Shown: positions 1 to 8,833, counted from the first letter of the stretch. The stretch is DNA of 64,000 nucleotides from an uncultured virus (IMG/VR IMGVR_UViG_3300022660_003376) (IMGVR_UViG_3300022660_003376), one strand, 5' to 3'. Notes: generated from the sequence alone by a model not told the origin. Numbers and translations are program-made.

Positions 1-28
1 TAATGTACAATAATATTTAATTAATTTC

Positions 29-57
29 AGTTTATCATATTATGTTACTATTGTCAA
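29..57 (-). promoter_or_regulatory. Sigma70/SigA-type promoter firing leftwards
   Basis: Minus strand reads TTGACA (57-52), 17 nt, TAAACT (34-29), with a TG extension. Confidence 0.6.
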
Positions 58-125
58 GTGATGAAAATGGCGCAATTCATCCCCCACCTTAGAGGTGGGG
101 GAATTCTTGCTGAAAATAGTTAAAA
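29..125 (-). mobile_element. Subterminal hairpin (probable left end) of an IS200/IS605-family element extending leftwards out of the window
   Basis: GCAATTCAT-CCCCCACCT-TAG-AGGTGGGGG-AATTCTTGC (72-110) resembles IS200/IS605 end hairpins and is followed on the minus strand by a consensus-like promoter. The exact boundary is not determined. Confidence 0.6.
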
Positions 126-718
126 ATTTAGGCAAGCCAATACATACTCAAAAAGGTGCGTATCGTGCTGACTTTCGTAAGGCAATGGGTAATAAGCGAG
201 TTGAGTTAAAGAATAAATGTTTTACATTTGGCTCTGCATTTAGCGAGGATTTTTGTACATATGTAGATGATAACTATCAGAAGGTTTCGGGGTGGCAGTT
301 AAGTACTATAATATTGCACTATGCGATGTATTATGATAGAAAGGCTCTGGAGAGCAGAAACAGATACATTCAGGCACAGAGGGACTCAGACGGATTTATG
401 TCACCACAGGTTTTCTTTATAGAGAGGTCTAGACAGACTAGCGACCCTGTAGGTGTATATGTACTGTACAATAGAACAAAGAACTTGACTTATGTGGGGC
501 AAGCCAAACGTTTATATTTCAGGGTAAATCAGCACTTGACAGGGCATGGCAACGGAGATGTTTATGCAGACTACAAAACAGGTGATGAATTCTCGGTAAA
601 GTTAATCAAGTTAAGTACTAGTGGGTATGATGATTTAAATAAGTTAGAGAAAGACACGATAAAGAATTATGGGGCTTATGAAAGGGGTTATAACAAGACA
701 AGAGGTAATAGGAGTTAG
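95..718 (+). CDS. GIY-YIG endonuclease domain protein (true start uncertain; the listed GTG lies in the IS hairpin)
   Basis: GVYVLYN...TYVGQA..L..R..QH...E...GYN motifs in the C-terminal half. Confidence 0.75.
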   Translation: MGEFLLKIVKNLGKPIHTQKGAYRADFRKAMGNKRVELKNKCFTFGSAFSEDFCTYVDDNYQKVSGWQLSTIILHYAMYYDRKALESRNRYIQAQRDSDGFMSPQVFFIERSRQTSDPVGVYVLYNRTKNLTYVGQAKRLYFRVNQHLTGHGNGDVYADYKTGDEFSVKLIKLSTSGYDDLNKLEKDTIKNYGAYERGYNKTRGNRS

Positions 719-729
719 GAGGTAAGTTT

Positions 730-1122
730 ATGGAAACTCCAGAGTATGTTATAATTGATGACTATGATACTGTACACATAACTACAAACACGAGGGTAGT
801 GCAGGTTAATACAAGGCACAAGACAGATTTAGGCGATATATCTATGTGCAAGTGTTTTGATAATTACACTTATGTATTAATACTTCACAAAGGTTTACTT
901 ATAAGTAAGTCATTATGCAGGAGTCATATTATTTCTGCTGATGCGTTATATAACTGCATTTCTTCGAGTGATATTTTAAATGATTTTACAAGCAAGCATT
1001 ATTCTTTAGATACGGATATATTGCTTGTTTCTCGCCATAATAATTTACGTAGTCGTTTGGTAACAGTAGTCAATGGTTCAACTGGAGGAGATATTTCAGA
1101 TAAGTTTAAGTTTATTTCTTAG
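730..1122 (+). CDS. Hypothetical protein
   Basis: 130-aa ORF with AGGAGG RBS. Confidence 0.7.
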   Translation: METPEYVIIDDYDTVHITTNTRVVQVNTRHKTDLGDISMCKCFDNYTYVLILHKGLLISKSLCRSHIISADALYNCISSSDILNDFTSKHYSLDTDILLVSRHNNLRSRLVTVVNGSTGGDISDKFKFIS

Positions 1123-1189
1123 TTACGCTAAAAATTTTCTTTAGATTGACTACTTTTCATGAGATGTCGCATAAGTTATATTTTATATA

Positions 1190-1810
1190 GTGTTCTTTTA
1201 ATCGTTCCGATTGAAAGAACGGGCTATCTAACTCTTTTCCTTGTTTTTTTATTATTGCTTGGTTCTTAATTGTAAGACGGCATGTTTTTAGATAGCCACT
1301 CCTAAAGTTACATTTTCTTATTTATATTTCTATTATTTGAGTGGCTGTATGTTTAGTACTAACACTGCGAATATACAGCCTATTTTCTTTTTTGGTATTA
1401 GCCTTATATTAAGGTTGATATAAATGCTAGGGATTCTCCTTTTTTGGTCTATTATATAAGTTGCTACTCCAGCAATACTTGTTTTGCTACGCCATCCCTA
1501 GTTAGCACTCGTGCGTAGCAAGACAAGTCCCTCCCATTTGTTCGGTTATGTAATTAAGTGCATAACCGAATTCCCCCGATATTAACTAAGAGTTAATATA
1601 GATATACACCTAAGGTACAATTAATATACTCATTCTTGTTTACCATGTAAATAAGTTTTCCATTGCTATGCTTGTTAGTTTCTTGTGCCTTAGTATTGAC
1701 TAGCAAGCATAGCCTCCTGTTTATGTGCGATGTCAGCTAAGTGCTGACTCAGGCATCATAATAATTAATCTATTATGGTTTCTGAGTCAACATTTAGATA
1801 CGGCATATAG
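1190..1810 (+). ncRNA. Candidate large structured non-coding RNA
   Basis: No credible ORF. At least 9 stems of 9-16 bp whose non-Watson-Crick pairs are G-U on the + strand, plus two pseudoknot pairings (see findings). Confidence 0.65.
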
Positions 1811-1831
1811 AGAATAGTGGGTGATAAACAT

Positions 1832-2335
1832 ATGTCTAATGAAATATTGCATTCAGCGTTAGTTCAGTTACATGAATTAGAAACCTTAATCAAATATGGG
1901 GTATCCTCTCAGGATTTGATAAAGGTAGTTGGCGATGTAAGCTCTAAGTTAGAAGAATATCTAGGGTACGCTTCTAGTGATACTGAGTACGCTGTTGATT
2001 TAGCGAAAATCGACAAGGGTATTACAGAAGAGATAAAGATGTGCAAGACTGTATATTCTAGGGAGTATGGCTTAGGTCTTTGCATACACAAGAATAGAAA
2101 GACACTTGTAATGCTCAAAGGGTATAAGATTGCAGAACCTAGAGAGAGTTTGTCTGAAAAATGGAAGTCTATATACAATTCTATTAGGGATAATGGTTAT
2201 ATAGACGATAATGGAAATTTAACTGCAAATATAGCTTGTTTCGGTTTTTCAGACACTGGTGTACTTTCATTAATGTATGGTTATCCACGTTCTTTGGATA
2301 TAAGACTATTAAATGAGTTATATAGCAATCTGTAG
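1832..2335 (+). CDS. Hypothetical protein
   Basis: ORF; ATG at 1832 follows GGGTG. Confidence 0.7.
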   Translation: MSNEILHSALVQLHELETLIKYGVSSQDLIKVVGDVSSKLEEYLGYASSDTEYAVDLAKIDKGITEEIKMCKTVYSREYGLGLCIHKNRKTLVMLKGYKIAEPRESLSEKWKSIYNSIRDNGYIDDNGNLTANIACFGFSDTGVLSLMYGYPRSLDIRLLNELYSNL

Positions 2336-2389
2336 TACTTTAAATTATAAAGTAGTAGATATAAAGCACAAAGAAGTAGTTATCGATTA

Positions 2390-2419
2390 TTGCTTTAGTT
2401 CTTTAATATGTGCTATAAT
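2390..2419 (+). promoter_or_regulatory. Sigma70/SigA-type promoter
   Basis: TTGCTT, 18 nt, TATAAT with TG extension. Confidence 0.55.
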
Positions 2420-2494
2420 AAGGGTGTCGAAAGGGTAGTGCACACAAACAATCGACTGAGGTAATTTAAAGTAATATGTATGGAGGTTTTTATT

Positions 2495-3202
2495 ATGCTA
2501 TATGTAAAATCAGTAAGCGAAGACAAGAAGACATTTGTGGTATGTAACTCAGAAACAAATGAGTTGACTACATTCAATCGTGAGGATTACAAGAACGATA
2601 ACTGGCAACAGATTAAGGGTGTATTTTTTGATGGTGAGGAAATATATCCTGAGGTGTTACCTTATGATGATATCAATGTATTCACTGAAGACGACAAGGC
2701 TTTACTGTTTAATTTGGCACGTAAGTTTGCGTTAAAGTTTACGAATAGACCGATTCTGTTGGGTATAACCGATTGTGGTTCAAACGATTGTATGTTTCAG
2801 AATAATACAGAGAGTTTAGAACTAAGTACTTATTTCAGAGTTAAGTCCGACTGGGTATCTGAGGCTAAAACTCCTAATGATTGCATACTTGGTGGTGTAA
2901 TCACTATAGGTCTTGAAAGAGACTTCGAAGGTTTTCAGGTTAGTCTTTCAATTGATGCTGAGATACCAAGTTGGGTATGTAATACAGTGCATAGTTATTT
3001 TAACTTTATGTTTGAAGAGAAGTTTTGCTGTGCAGATTTAGCACAGGTTTCTGACAGATTATATGCTATTGTAGATGCAATGAGTAATAAGTCAATTTTG
3101 GATGCTTCTTCGGAATGCACAAATATTGATATTCCTTATTACAGCACACCATTTAAGTCTGTTATTGATAAAGCTTCTAGTGGCTTTTTAGAAATCCGTT
3201 AA
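2495..3202 (+). CDS. Hypothetical protein with an N-terminal module resembling that of the LRR family, but a non-LRR body
   Basis: GGAGG RBS. MLYVKSVSEDKKTFVVCNS...IKGV...VLPYDDINVF resembles the LRR-family N-terminus. Confidence 0.7.
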   Translation: MLYVKSVSEDKKTFVVCNSETNELTTFNREDYKNDNWQQIKGVFFDGEEIYPEVLPYDDINVFTEDDKALLFNLARKFALKFTNRPILLGITDCGSNDCMFQNNTESLELSTYFRVKSDWVSEAKTPNDCILGGVITIGLERDFEGFQVSLSIDAEIPSWVCNTVHSYFNFMFEEKFCCADLAQVSDRLYAIVDAMSNKSILDASSECTNIDIPYYSTPFKSVIDKASSGFLEIR

Positions 3203-3330
3203 AAAATATTTTGAGATATATACAAAATCTTGAGATTTCATCTAAGACGGATTATAATAAGTGTTCTCAATTAATTTTGGGAATAGAAAAAACCAAATAC
3301 GCTGTAAAGTGTGCTTGGTAAGGGTATGTT

Positions 3331-3674
3331 ATTAACTATGTTCGCATAGTTAATATATAAAGTGCCTGCAGACTTTTTCAACCATTTTCATATTCAGTAA
3401 ATTGGTAAAGACAAGTACAAAAATTCAGAAGAATAAATACTGCCATAAAGATTAAACAATCTTACATTCGATTATTCTCAGGATTCAACTTCAAGCAATC
3501 TAAAGAATAGCCCATAAAGATTATACAATCTTACATTTCAGATTATTCTCAGAATTCAGTTCAAGATAACGGTATATTTTACATTCAAAACTCAAATTCA
3601 AAACTCAAAATAACGCAATATGCGTTTCCGAGTTAAGCTAATAAAAGTGATTCTGCAGGCACTTCACTTTTATT
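3331..3674 (+). promoter_or_regulatory. Long structured 5' leader of the SSB gene (pseudoknot plus direct repeats)
   Basis: Hairpin 3640-3650/3664-3674 whose loop region (3652-3664) is the exact reverse complement of 3360-3372; internal repeats. Confidence 0.55.
3443..3565 (+). repeat. Two imperfect ~53-nt direct repeats
   Basis: CCATAAAGATTAAACAATCTTACATTCGATTATTCTCAGGATTCAACTTCAAG (3443-3495) vs CCATAAAGATTATACAATCTTACATTTCAGATTATTCTCAGAATTCAGTTCAAG (3512-3565). Confidence 0.9.
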
Positions 3675-3702
3675 GCAAGACATCGGAGAAAGGAAGATAT
3701 TT

Positions 3703-4812
3703 ATGCTTAAAAGACCATCAGTTAAGAAACTTTCGCCAGAGGCAATTCAGGCTATAACAACTGCTTCAGCATCTCAGACAGCGAAGCGTAGTGTTGTGAA
3801 GTCAATAGACCCAAACTTCCCAGTGTTTGATATTCCAGTCAACGCTAAAGTTTTGGTTTACGTTCCAAATCATACGATTCAGACAGAAGACGGTGTTGCT
3901 ATACTTCGTGAGGATAAGTTCGCCGCACACAACGTATTAGACGGCAAGTTCAATGCAAGGGTACGTTGTACAAATGGTATCGTAAGCGATGAACTGGATT
4001 TAGACGGTTCATGCCCATTCTGTGATGCTTCACATGAAGCGTGGGATTTGTACAATTTTGAGTACAGACAGCTCTGTGCATCAAAGTTACTCGACCCAGA
4101 CGCAGAGGGAACATATGAGCAGGTTAAGAGTGATGCAATTGCACTCCGTGATAAAAAGGCTATAGGCAGTACAGTGGTATATCATACATTCCCTATAGTT
4201 GTTGTTGAATGTCAGAAGAAGCCTGACGGTACAATGACTACAACTCCTGCGGTAGATGGTAACGGCTCACCTATTCATAAGGTGTGTTGGTACACAATTT
4301 CAGATTCGCTCTTTGAAGATAGATGGGTGAAATCTCTTGATTCTATCGATTCAGACGAACCTGTAACCAGTCCAGCAGGACGTTGGTTTGTTCTTAACTA
4401 CGAATATAAGTCTGAGAGTGGCACTCATAACAAGATGATGTCTGCTCAGAAACTTCAGGTATCATGCAAGGCAATGTCAGAAAAGTGGCAGGAAGTAGAA
4501 GCTTACTTTGATAAAATCACAGAAGAGTGGACACCTGCTAAGGCAATTGAAACACTCGTGGATAACGCTTTCCGTAGCGGTGAAGAGCAGATGGAAGCTT
4601 GTAACGAAATAATGAAGGGTACAAGAGAAAGACTTGCTCAGATTAAGGTTGCAAGCCTTACAACAACAGCACCACAGGGTAGTCTTTCTGATACTGAGGA
4701 TGCACTTGCATCTTACAAGGCAACACCTGTAGGAATTGAAACAGCACAGGGTATCGCAAGTGCTGATGCTGTGGGTGTTGAACCCGAAGTACCACAGACA
4801 CCTCTGGTTTAA
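3703..4812 (+). CDS. T4 gp32-like single-stranded DNA-binding protein
   Basis: H...RCT...SCPFC zinc-site pattern followed by DLYN and YHTFPIVVV, comparable to gp32 CPVC..DLYN..YWANILVV; low-complexity acidic tail; sits next to SbcCD-like genes. ATG at 3703 follows AGGAAG. Confidence 0.65.
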   Translation: MLKRPSVKKLSPEAIQAITTASASQTAKRSVVKSIDPNFPVFDIPVNAKVLVYVPNHTIQTEDGVAILREDKFAAHNVLDGKFNARVRCTNGIVSDELDLDGSCPFCDASHEAWDLYNFEYRQLCASKLLDPDAEGTYEQVKSDAIALRDKKAIGSTVVYHTFPIVVVECQKKPDGTMTTTPAVDGNGSPIHKVCWYTISDSLFEDRWVKSLDSIDSDEPVTSPAGRWFVLNYEYKSESGTHNKMMSAQKLQVSCKAMSEKWQEVEAYFDKITEEWTPAKAIETLVDNAFRSGEEQMEACNEIMKGTRERLAQIKVASLTTTAPQGSLSDTEDALASYKATPVGIETAQGIASADAVGVEPEVPQTPLV

Positions 4813-4849
4813 TATATAAGACATTTTCAAAATAATCACTTTATTTAAT

Positions 4850-4888
4850 ATATACAGTCGGCTTTTTATAAGTCGGCTGTATATTTTT
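4850..4888 (+). terminator. Intrinsic terminator
   Basis: ATATACAGTCGGCTT/AAGTCGGCTGTATAT stem plus T-run. Confidence 0.75.
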
Positions 4889-4914
4889 ATACAAAAATAA
4901 CAGGAGGTCTAATA

Positions 4915-5424
4915 ATGGATACTAAGACTTGGTTTAGCAAAACAAGATGTGACAAATGCGGTAAGGACTTATATGGTACTCGACTGAAGTCGTTATACGG
5001 TGACTATTGCATATGTTCTTCTTGCAAAAAGGAAGAAAGAAAACGTGCTGATGCTGAGAGGGCTTCGAAGCAAAAGGGTATGCGATACTTAGACGGAAGT
5101 GGTACAATGACACGAGGTGCTGTATACACTTTACCACAGTCTAGAGTACAAATGTATGCGTTAAGTTTTAATGGAAACATTGTTGGGTATCGTTTCTTTT
5201 TAGCGACAGCACAGGGCAGACGTGTATATGATGTGGATATGACTGTATATATGGCTTGTTTAAACAAATTTGCGTTCCCAGCTCCGTCTGGCATGGTTGA
5301 GTTATACATGAAGGGTAACATGATGCTCAGTAAAGAGGAAATCGCCAAGAAATACAGTGTTACACAATTAAACACTGTTGGTGAGTTTGAGATGGTATTA
5401 AAGAAATTTGGGCTTTTATATTAA
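4915..5424 (+). CDS. Hypothetical protein with N-terminal zinc-ribbon motif
   Basis: CDKC...CICSSC; AGGAGG RBS. Confidence 0.7.
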   Translation: MDTKTWFSKTRCDKCGKDLYGTRLKSLYGDYCICSSCKKEERKRADAERASKQKGMRYLDGSGTMTRGAVYTLPQSRVQMYALSFNGNIVGYRFFLATAQGRRVYDVDMTVYMACLNKFAFPAPSGMVELYMKGNMMLSKEEIAKKYSVTQLNTVGEFEMVLKKFGLLY

Positions 5425-5431
5425 AGTTATG

Positions 5432-5463
5432 ATGCGACTGCTAATGTTTAGTGGTCGCATTTT
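5432..5463 (+). terminator. Intrinsic terminator
   Basis: ATGCGACTGCTAA/TTAGTGGTCGCAT stem plus T-run. Confidence 0.65.
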
Positions 5464-5545
5464 CATGTTAGTTGTAAATAGTATGCTGATATTTTGCGTG
5501 AGTTATATTATATTAAACATAAAAATCATAAAGAAGGTGTGATAA

Positions 5546-6697
5546 ATGGGTTTTAGCAGATTATTGGCATGGGAAGTATACAACTTCATGTCGATTGAGT
5601 ACGCAAAGGTATCCTTTGATGATACTAATATAATAAATATAAAAGGCTATAACGACTCAGGTAAGAGTGCATTAAAGTGTGCTTTAGACGTATTATTCTT
5701 TAATATAAAACCGTCTTTACAGTTACGTTTCATAAAAGACGGCTGTGACTACTTTAGGGTAGTTTGTCACTTTGATGACGGTGTAATTATTCTGAGGGAT
5801 AAATACATAAACGGTCAGGGTTTGTATGAGATGTACAAAGACGGTAGGCTTGTTTATTCAACAAAGAGTGGCACTGAGTTGACAAAGATAAACGATGTTC
5901 CCGAAGTAATAAAGCAGTATTTAGGTTTAATACAGTCAGATGACTGGAATGTAAACAGTAGAAGCTGTTTTGAACAGCAGTTGCTTGTACAAACAAAGGG
6001 TAGTGAAAATTCCAGAGCGTTGAACGAAATTTTACGTTCTGAGGAGATTGCTAAAGCTGGTGAGTTACTCAACACAGACAAGAACAAGCTTAACTCCATG
6101 ATAGCAACGGTATCATCTGAATTGGACGTATATAAACGTCAGATTGCTGAAAGCAATGGCTTATCTGGCGAGATGATATCTGCTTTGAGAGAGCATGATA
6201 AAATATTGTCTGATGCAGAGGAACGTTTAGGCAAGATTGATAGCACTAAGAAGATGCTTGAAAATATCAATGCAATAAAAATTGCTCCAGAGTTAAAGTG
6301 TATTGATACTCAACAACTACAAAGACTTAACAAACTCAGGGGTATTCTCTCTGAAATAAAGTCAGTGGCAATAATGCCGAAGGTTACTTGTAAGGTTGAT
6401 GCAGGTGCGTTGAAGCTATTAAGTTCAATAAGAACGGCTTGTGAAAGCAAGAGGAAAATTGAGGCATCGATAACCCCTATCGTATCCAAGGTAGATGCTA
6501 CTCAGTTGAAGAAGCTTGCTGAGATGCGTGATATGTTAAACAGTGTTAAGCTTATTAATGCTCAAATCGAGGACTGTGATACTAAGCTTATGCAAACTAA
6601 AGCCAGCATAGAGGAATGTCAGGCAAAGCTTGCATCTGCAGGCAAGAAATTTGTTAAGTGTAAAACCTGTGGTTCTTATGTATCAGTTGACGAATAA
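5546..6697 (+). CDS. SbcC/Rad50/gp46-like ATPase, N-terminal half
   Basis: NFMSI..., Walker A GYNDSGKS, Q-loop-like region (FEQQ), coiled coil, terminal CKTC hook-like motif; no Walker B. Confidence 0.8.
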   Translation: MGFSRLLAWEVYNFMSIEYAKVSFDDTNIINIKGYNDSGKSALKCALDVLFFNIKPSLQLRFIKDGCDYFRVVCHFDDGVIILRDKYINGQGLYEMYKDGRLVYSTKSGTELTKINDVPEVIKQYLGLIQSDDWNVNSRSCFEQQLLVQTKGSENSRALNEILRSEEIAKAGELLNTDKNKLNSMIATVSSELDVYKRQIAESNGLSGEMISALREHDKILSDAEERLGKIDSTKKMLENINAIKIAPELKCIDTQQLQRLNKLRGILSEIKSVAIMPKVTCKVDAGALKLLSSIRTACESKRKIEASITPIVSKVDATQLKKLAEMRDMLNSVKLINAQIEDCDTKLMQTKASIEECQAKLASAGKKFVKCKTCGSYVSVDE

Positions 6698-6776
6698 ATA
6701 ATGGAGATTAAGGCTAAAACATAAGGTGCATATCTCGTTTTAGCCTTATTCCGCTTTTTAAACAGGAGGTATATGT

Positions 6777-7703
6777 ATGCTAGCGGACTTTTTCACAAGT
6801 TTTGCTTGTACAGATAAGCTTACAAATAGAAACAGTGTTTGGAATAGCCAAGACAAAGATTATGTACATAAGCATATACTGGATTTTACTAAGGGTGTGT
6901 ATCAACTTAGTTTATTATTCAGGAGTGGTGCTGTTGTACATCTAAGAGGCATGATAAAAACCTTAATAACTGAGGGTACTACTAGTCTTGTGAACAAATA
7001 CAACGATGAGTTACAGATGGCTCATGCTATATTTGGCGATATGGCTAAGTATGGTGATTTGTATCTCGAAGATTGCCTTATGACTTATATAGTATCTACA
7101 ATGATGGTTCAGTTAGTTCATGAAATTAATGAAACTAAGGGTACTAGGGGTAAAGCATTGCAAGATACGCTAGCTAAATTTTGCGATAGAAATCATTATG
7201 AGTTACACGGTTGTATTGCTTTCACAAACTATATTTACTTATACTTACATCAGAACCCTGCTTGTAGTGTAGGTTTTGCGTTTTCAATGTATGAGAAGCT
7301 TTGCGAAGACACATCATCCCTTAAGGTTGCAGATATTGATGTAGACACATTGACATGGTATAATAAAGCGGAAAATACAAGAGTGGGTATTCCTGATTAT
7401 TATGACTATGGTTTAAGTGTTATTGAGCCAAGTACAATATTGTTATTATCAGGTACAATGTCTGCAATAGAGACGGGTATTCGGAATTGCTTAGGTCTAT
7501 TGAATAACTTACTTGCTTTGGAGACTTATGATGAGCAGGAGCAGTTTTTAGCCGATGCTATGGATGATGAGTTACGTTTTGCGATGGCATATTTATGTTA
7601 CTGTTGTTCTAAAGCGGATTTACCAGCTCCAAACACGGCACATAGTACAATGAGACTGGCTCATGAATTATTAAAGAATAGTTTAGACATTTTTGGTCTA
7701 TAG
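6777..7703 (+). CDS. Hypothetical protein
   Basis: 308-aa ORF with AGGAGG RBS. Confidence 0.75.
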   Translation: MLADFFTSFACTDKLTNRNSVWNSQDKDYVHKHILDFTKGVYQLSLLFRSGAVVHLRGMIKTLITEGTTSLVNKYNDELQMAHAIFGDMAKYGDLYLEDCLMTYIVSTMMVQLVHEINETKGTRGKALQDTLAKFCDRNHYELHGCIAFTNYIYLYLHQNPACSVGFAFSMYEKLCEDTSSLKVADIDVDTLTWYNKAENTRVGIPDYYDYGLSVIEPSTILLLSGTMSAIETGIRNCLGLLNNLLALETYDEQEQFLADAMDDELRFAMAYLCYCCSKADLPAPNTAHSTMRLAHELLKNSLDIFGL

Positions 7704-7803
7704 ATGATATAACCACCTTTACAGACAGCAACAAATCTTGAGAAATCATGTAACCTTGTCTGTAATAGGTGGTTATTTTAAATATTGAAACGGAGGTAGT
7801 ATT

Positions 7804-8817
7804 ATGTACGCAAGGGTAGATGGCGGAAGTGTATTGATAATAGGCGATTTACATATTTCTGACCGTGCGTGTGTGGGTAAACACAGAGACTACATAACGA
7901 ATTGTTTCACAGTACTGCGAGACATACTTGATATGGTTAGAGAACAAAAACCGTCAGCTTTAGTATTGCTTGGTGACTTGGTAGGTACAACAGAACGAAA
8001 CATAAAGAGCCGTGAGGTTCTTGCAATGGTATGCAGATTCTTTACTGATATAAAGGCAAATGGTACGAGAATATTCTGTGTTAGAGGTAATCATGATTTT
8101 GGTGATTATCCAGACTTTCAGTTCTTTACTAGTTTGGGTTTAATCGAGACAGCAGAAAGTTGCGGTGGTTACTTTGATTACTACGGAACAAAGGATAAAA
8201 CAGTACCTGAGATACGTTTTCATTTAGTTGATTTTGGTTCTGAAACTAAGCCTTTGTTAATAGCGAGTGATGTTGCAAACGTTGTATTAGCTCATAATAA
8301 TTTCACAATACAGGGTATCACTACATGGTATAATGCTGATGGTGGCTATGAGTTGAGTAACTTAAATAACTTTAAGGATGTATATATGGTAATTGCAGGT
8401 CATATACACTCACCTAGTCCTCAGATTTTCAACACCACGATGATGTGTGGGGGTACATGCAACTTGTTCTATGTAGGCTCACCTACAAGACCAGCTGAGA
8501 CTCACGAGTCTTGTTGGGTAGTTGAGTTTAAGTATAACGAAGAAGAGCAGGATACAGACTATGACGCTAAGGAGTGGAAACTTCGTAAGGCTGAAGACAT
8601 CTTCATATTAGATGAAACTTTCATAGAGGATATGACTGAAGAAGAAATTGAAGATGCAACAAGAAAAGAGCAACTTAAGGAAGTGCTAGAGGAGATAATA
8701 ACTCACCGCATTGGAAGTACTGACTTAAAGGCTCAGATACAGAGTATCCCTAATGCTACTGATGATGCTAAGATATTGGCTTGTCAGTATATAGATTTAG
8801 CAATGAATGCAAAGTAA
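7804..8817 (+). CDS. SbcD/Mre11/gp47-like metallophosphoesterase nuclease
   Basis: GDLH, GDL, GNHD, AH, GHIH and YVGSP motifs in the canonical order. Confidence 0.88.
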   Translation: MYARVDGGSVLIIGDLHISDRACVGKHRDYITNCFTVLRDILDMVREQKPSALVLLGDLVGTTERNIKSREVLAMVCRFFTDIKANGTRIFCVRGNHDFGDYPDFQFFTSLGLIETAESCGGYFDYYGTKDKTVPEIRFHLVDFGSETKPLLIASDVANVVLAHNNFTIQGITTWYNADGGYELSNLNNFKDVYMVIAGHIHSPSPQIFNTTMMCGGTCNLFYVGSPTRPAETHESCWVVEFKYNEEEQDTDYDAKEWKLRKAEDIFILDETFIEDMTEEEIEDATRKEQLKEVLEEIITHRIGSTDLKAQIQSIPNATDDAKILACQYIDLAMNAK

Positions 8818-8833
8818 AGCAAGGAGTTATAAG

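Noticed and set aside
1190..1810. tRNA cluster, intron or minus-strand small ORFs
   Set aside because: No cloverleaf or T-loop motif, no interrupted flanking gene, and minus-strand SD-like words lead only to 5-6-codon frames with poor spacing.
3443..3608. CRISPR array
   Set aside because: Only two long imperfect repeats with a 16-nt gap, no repeat-spacer periodicity, and no cas genes.
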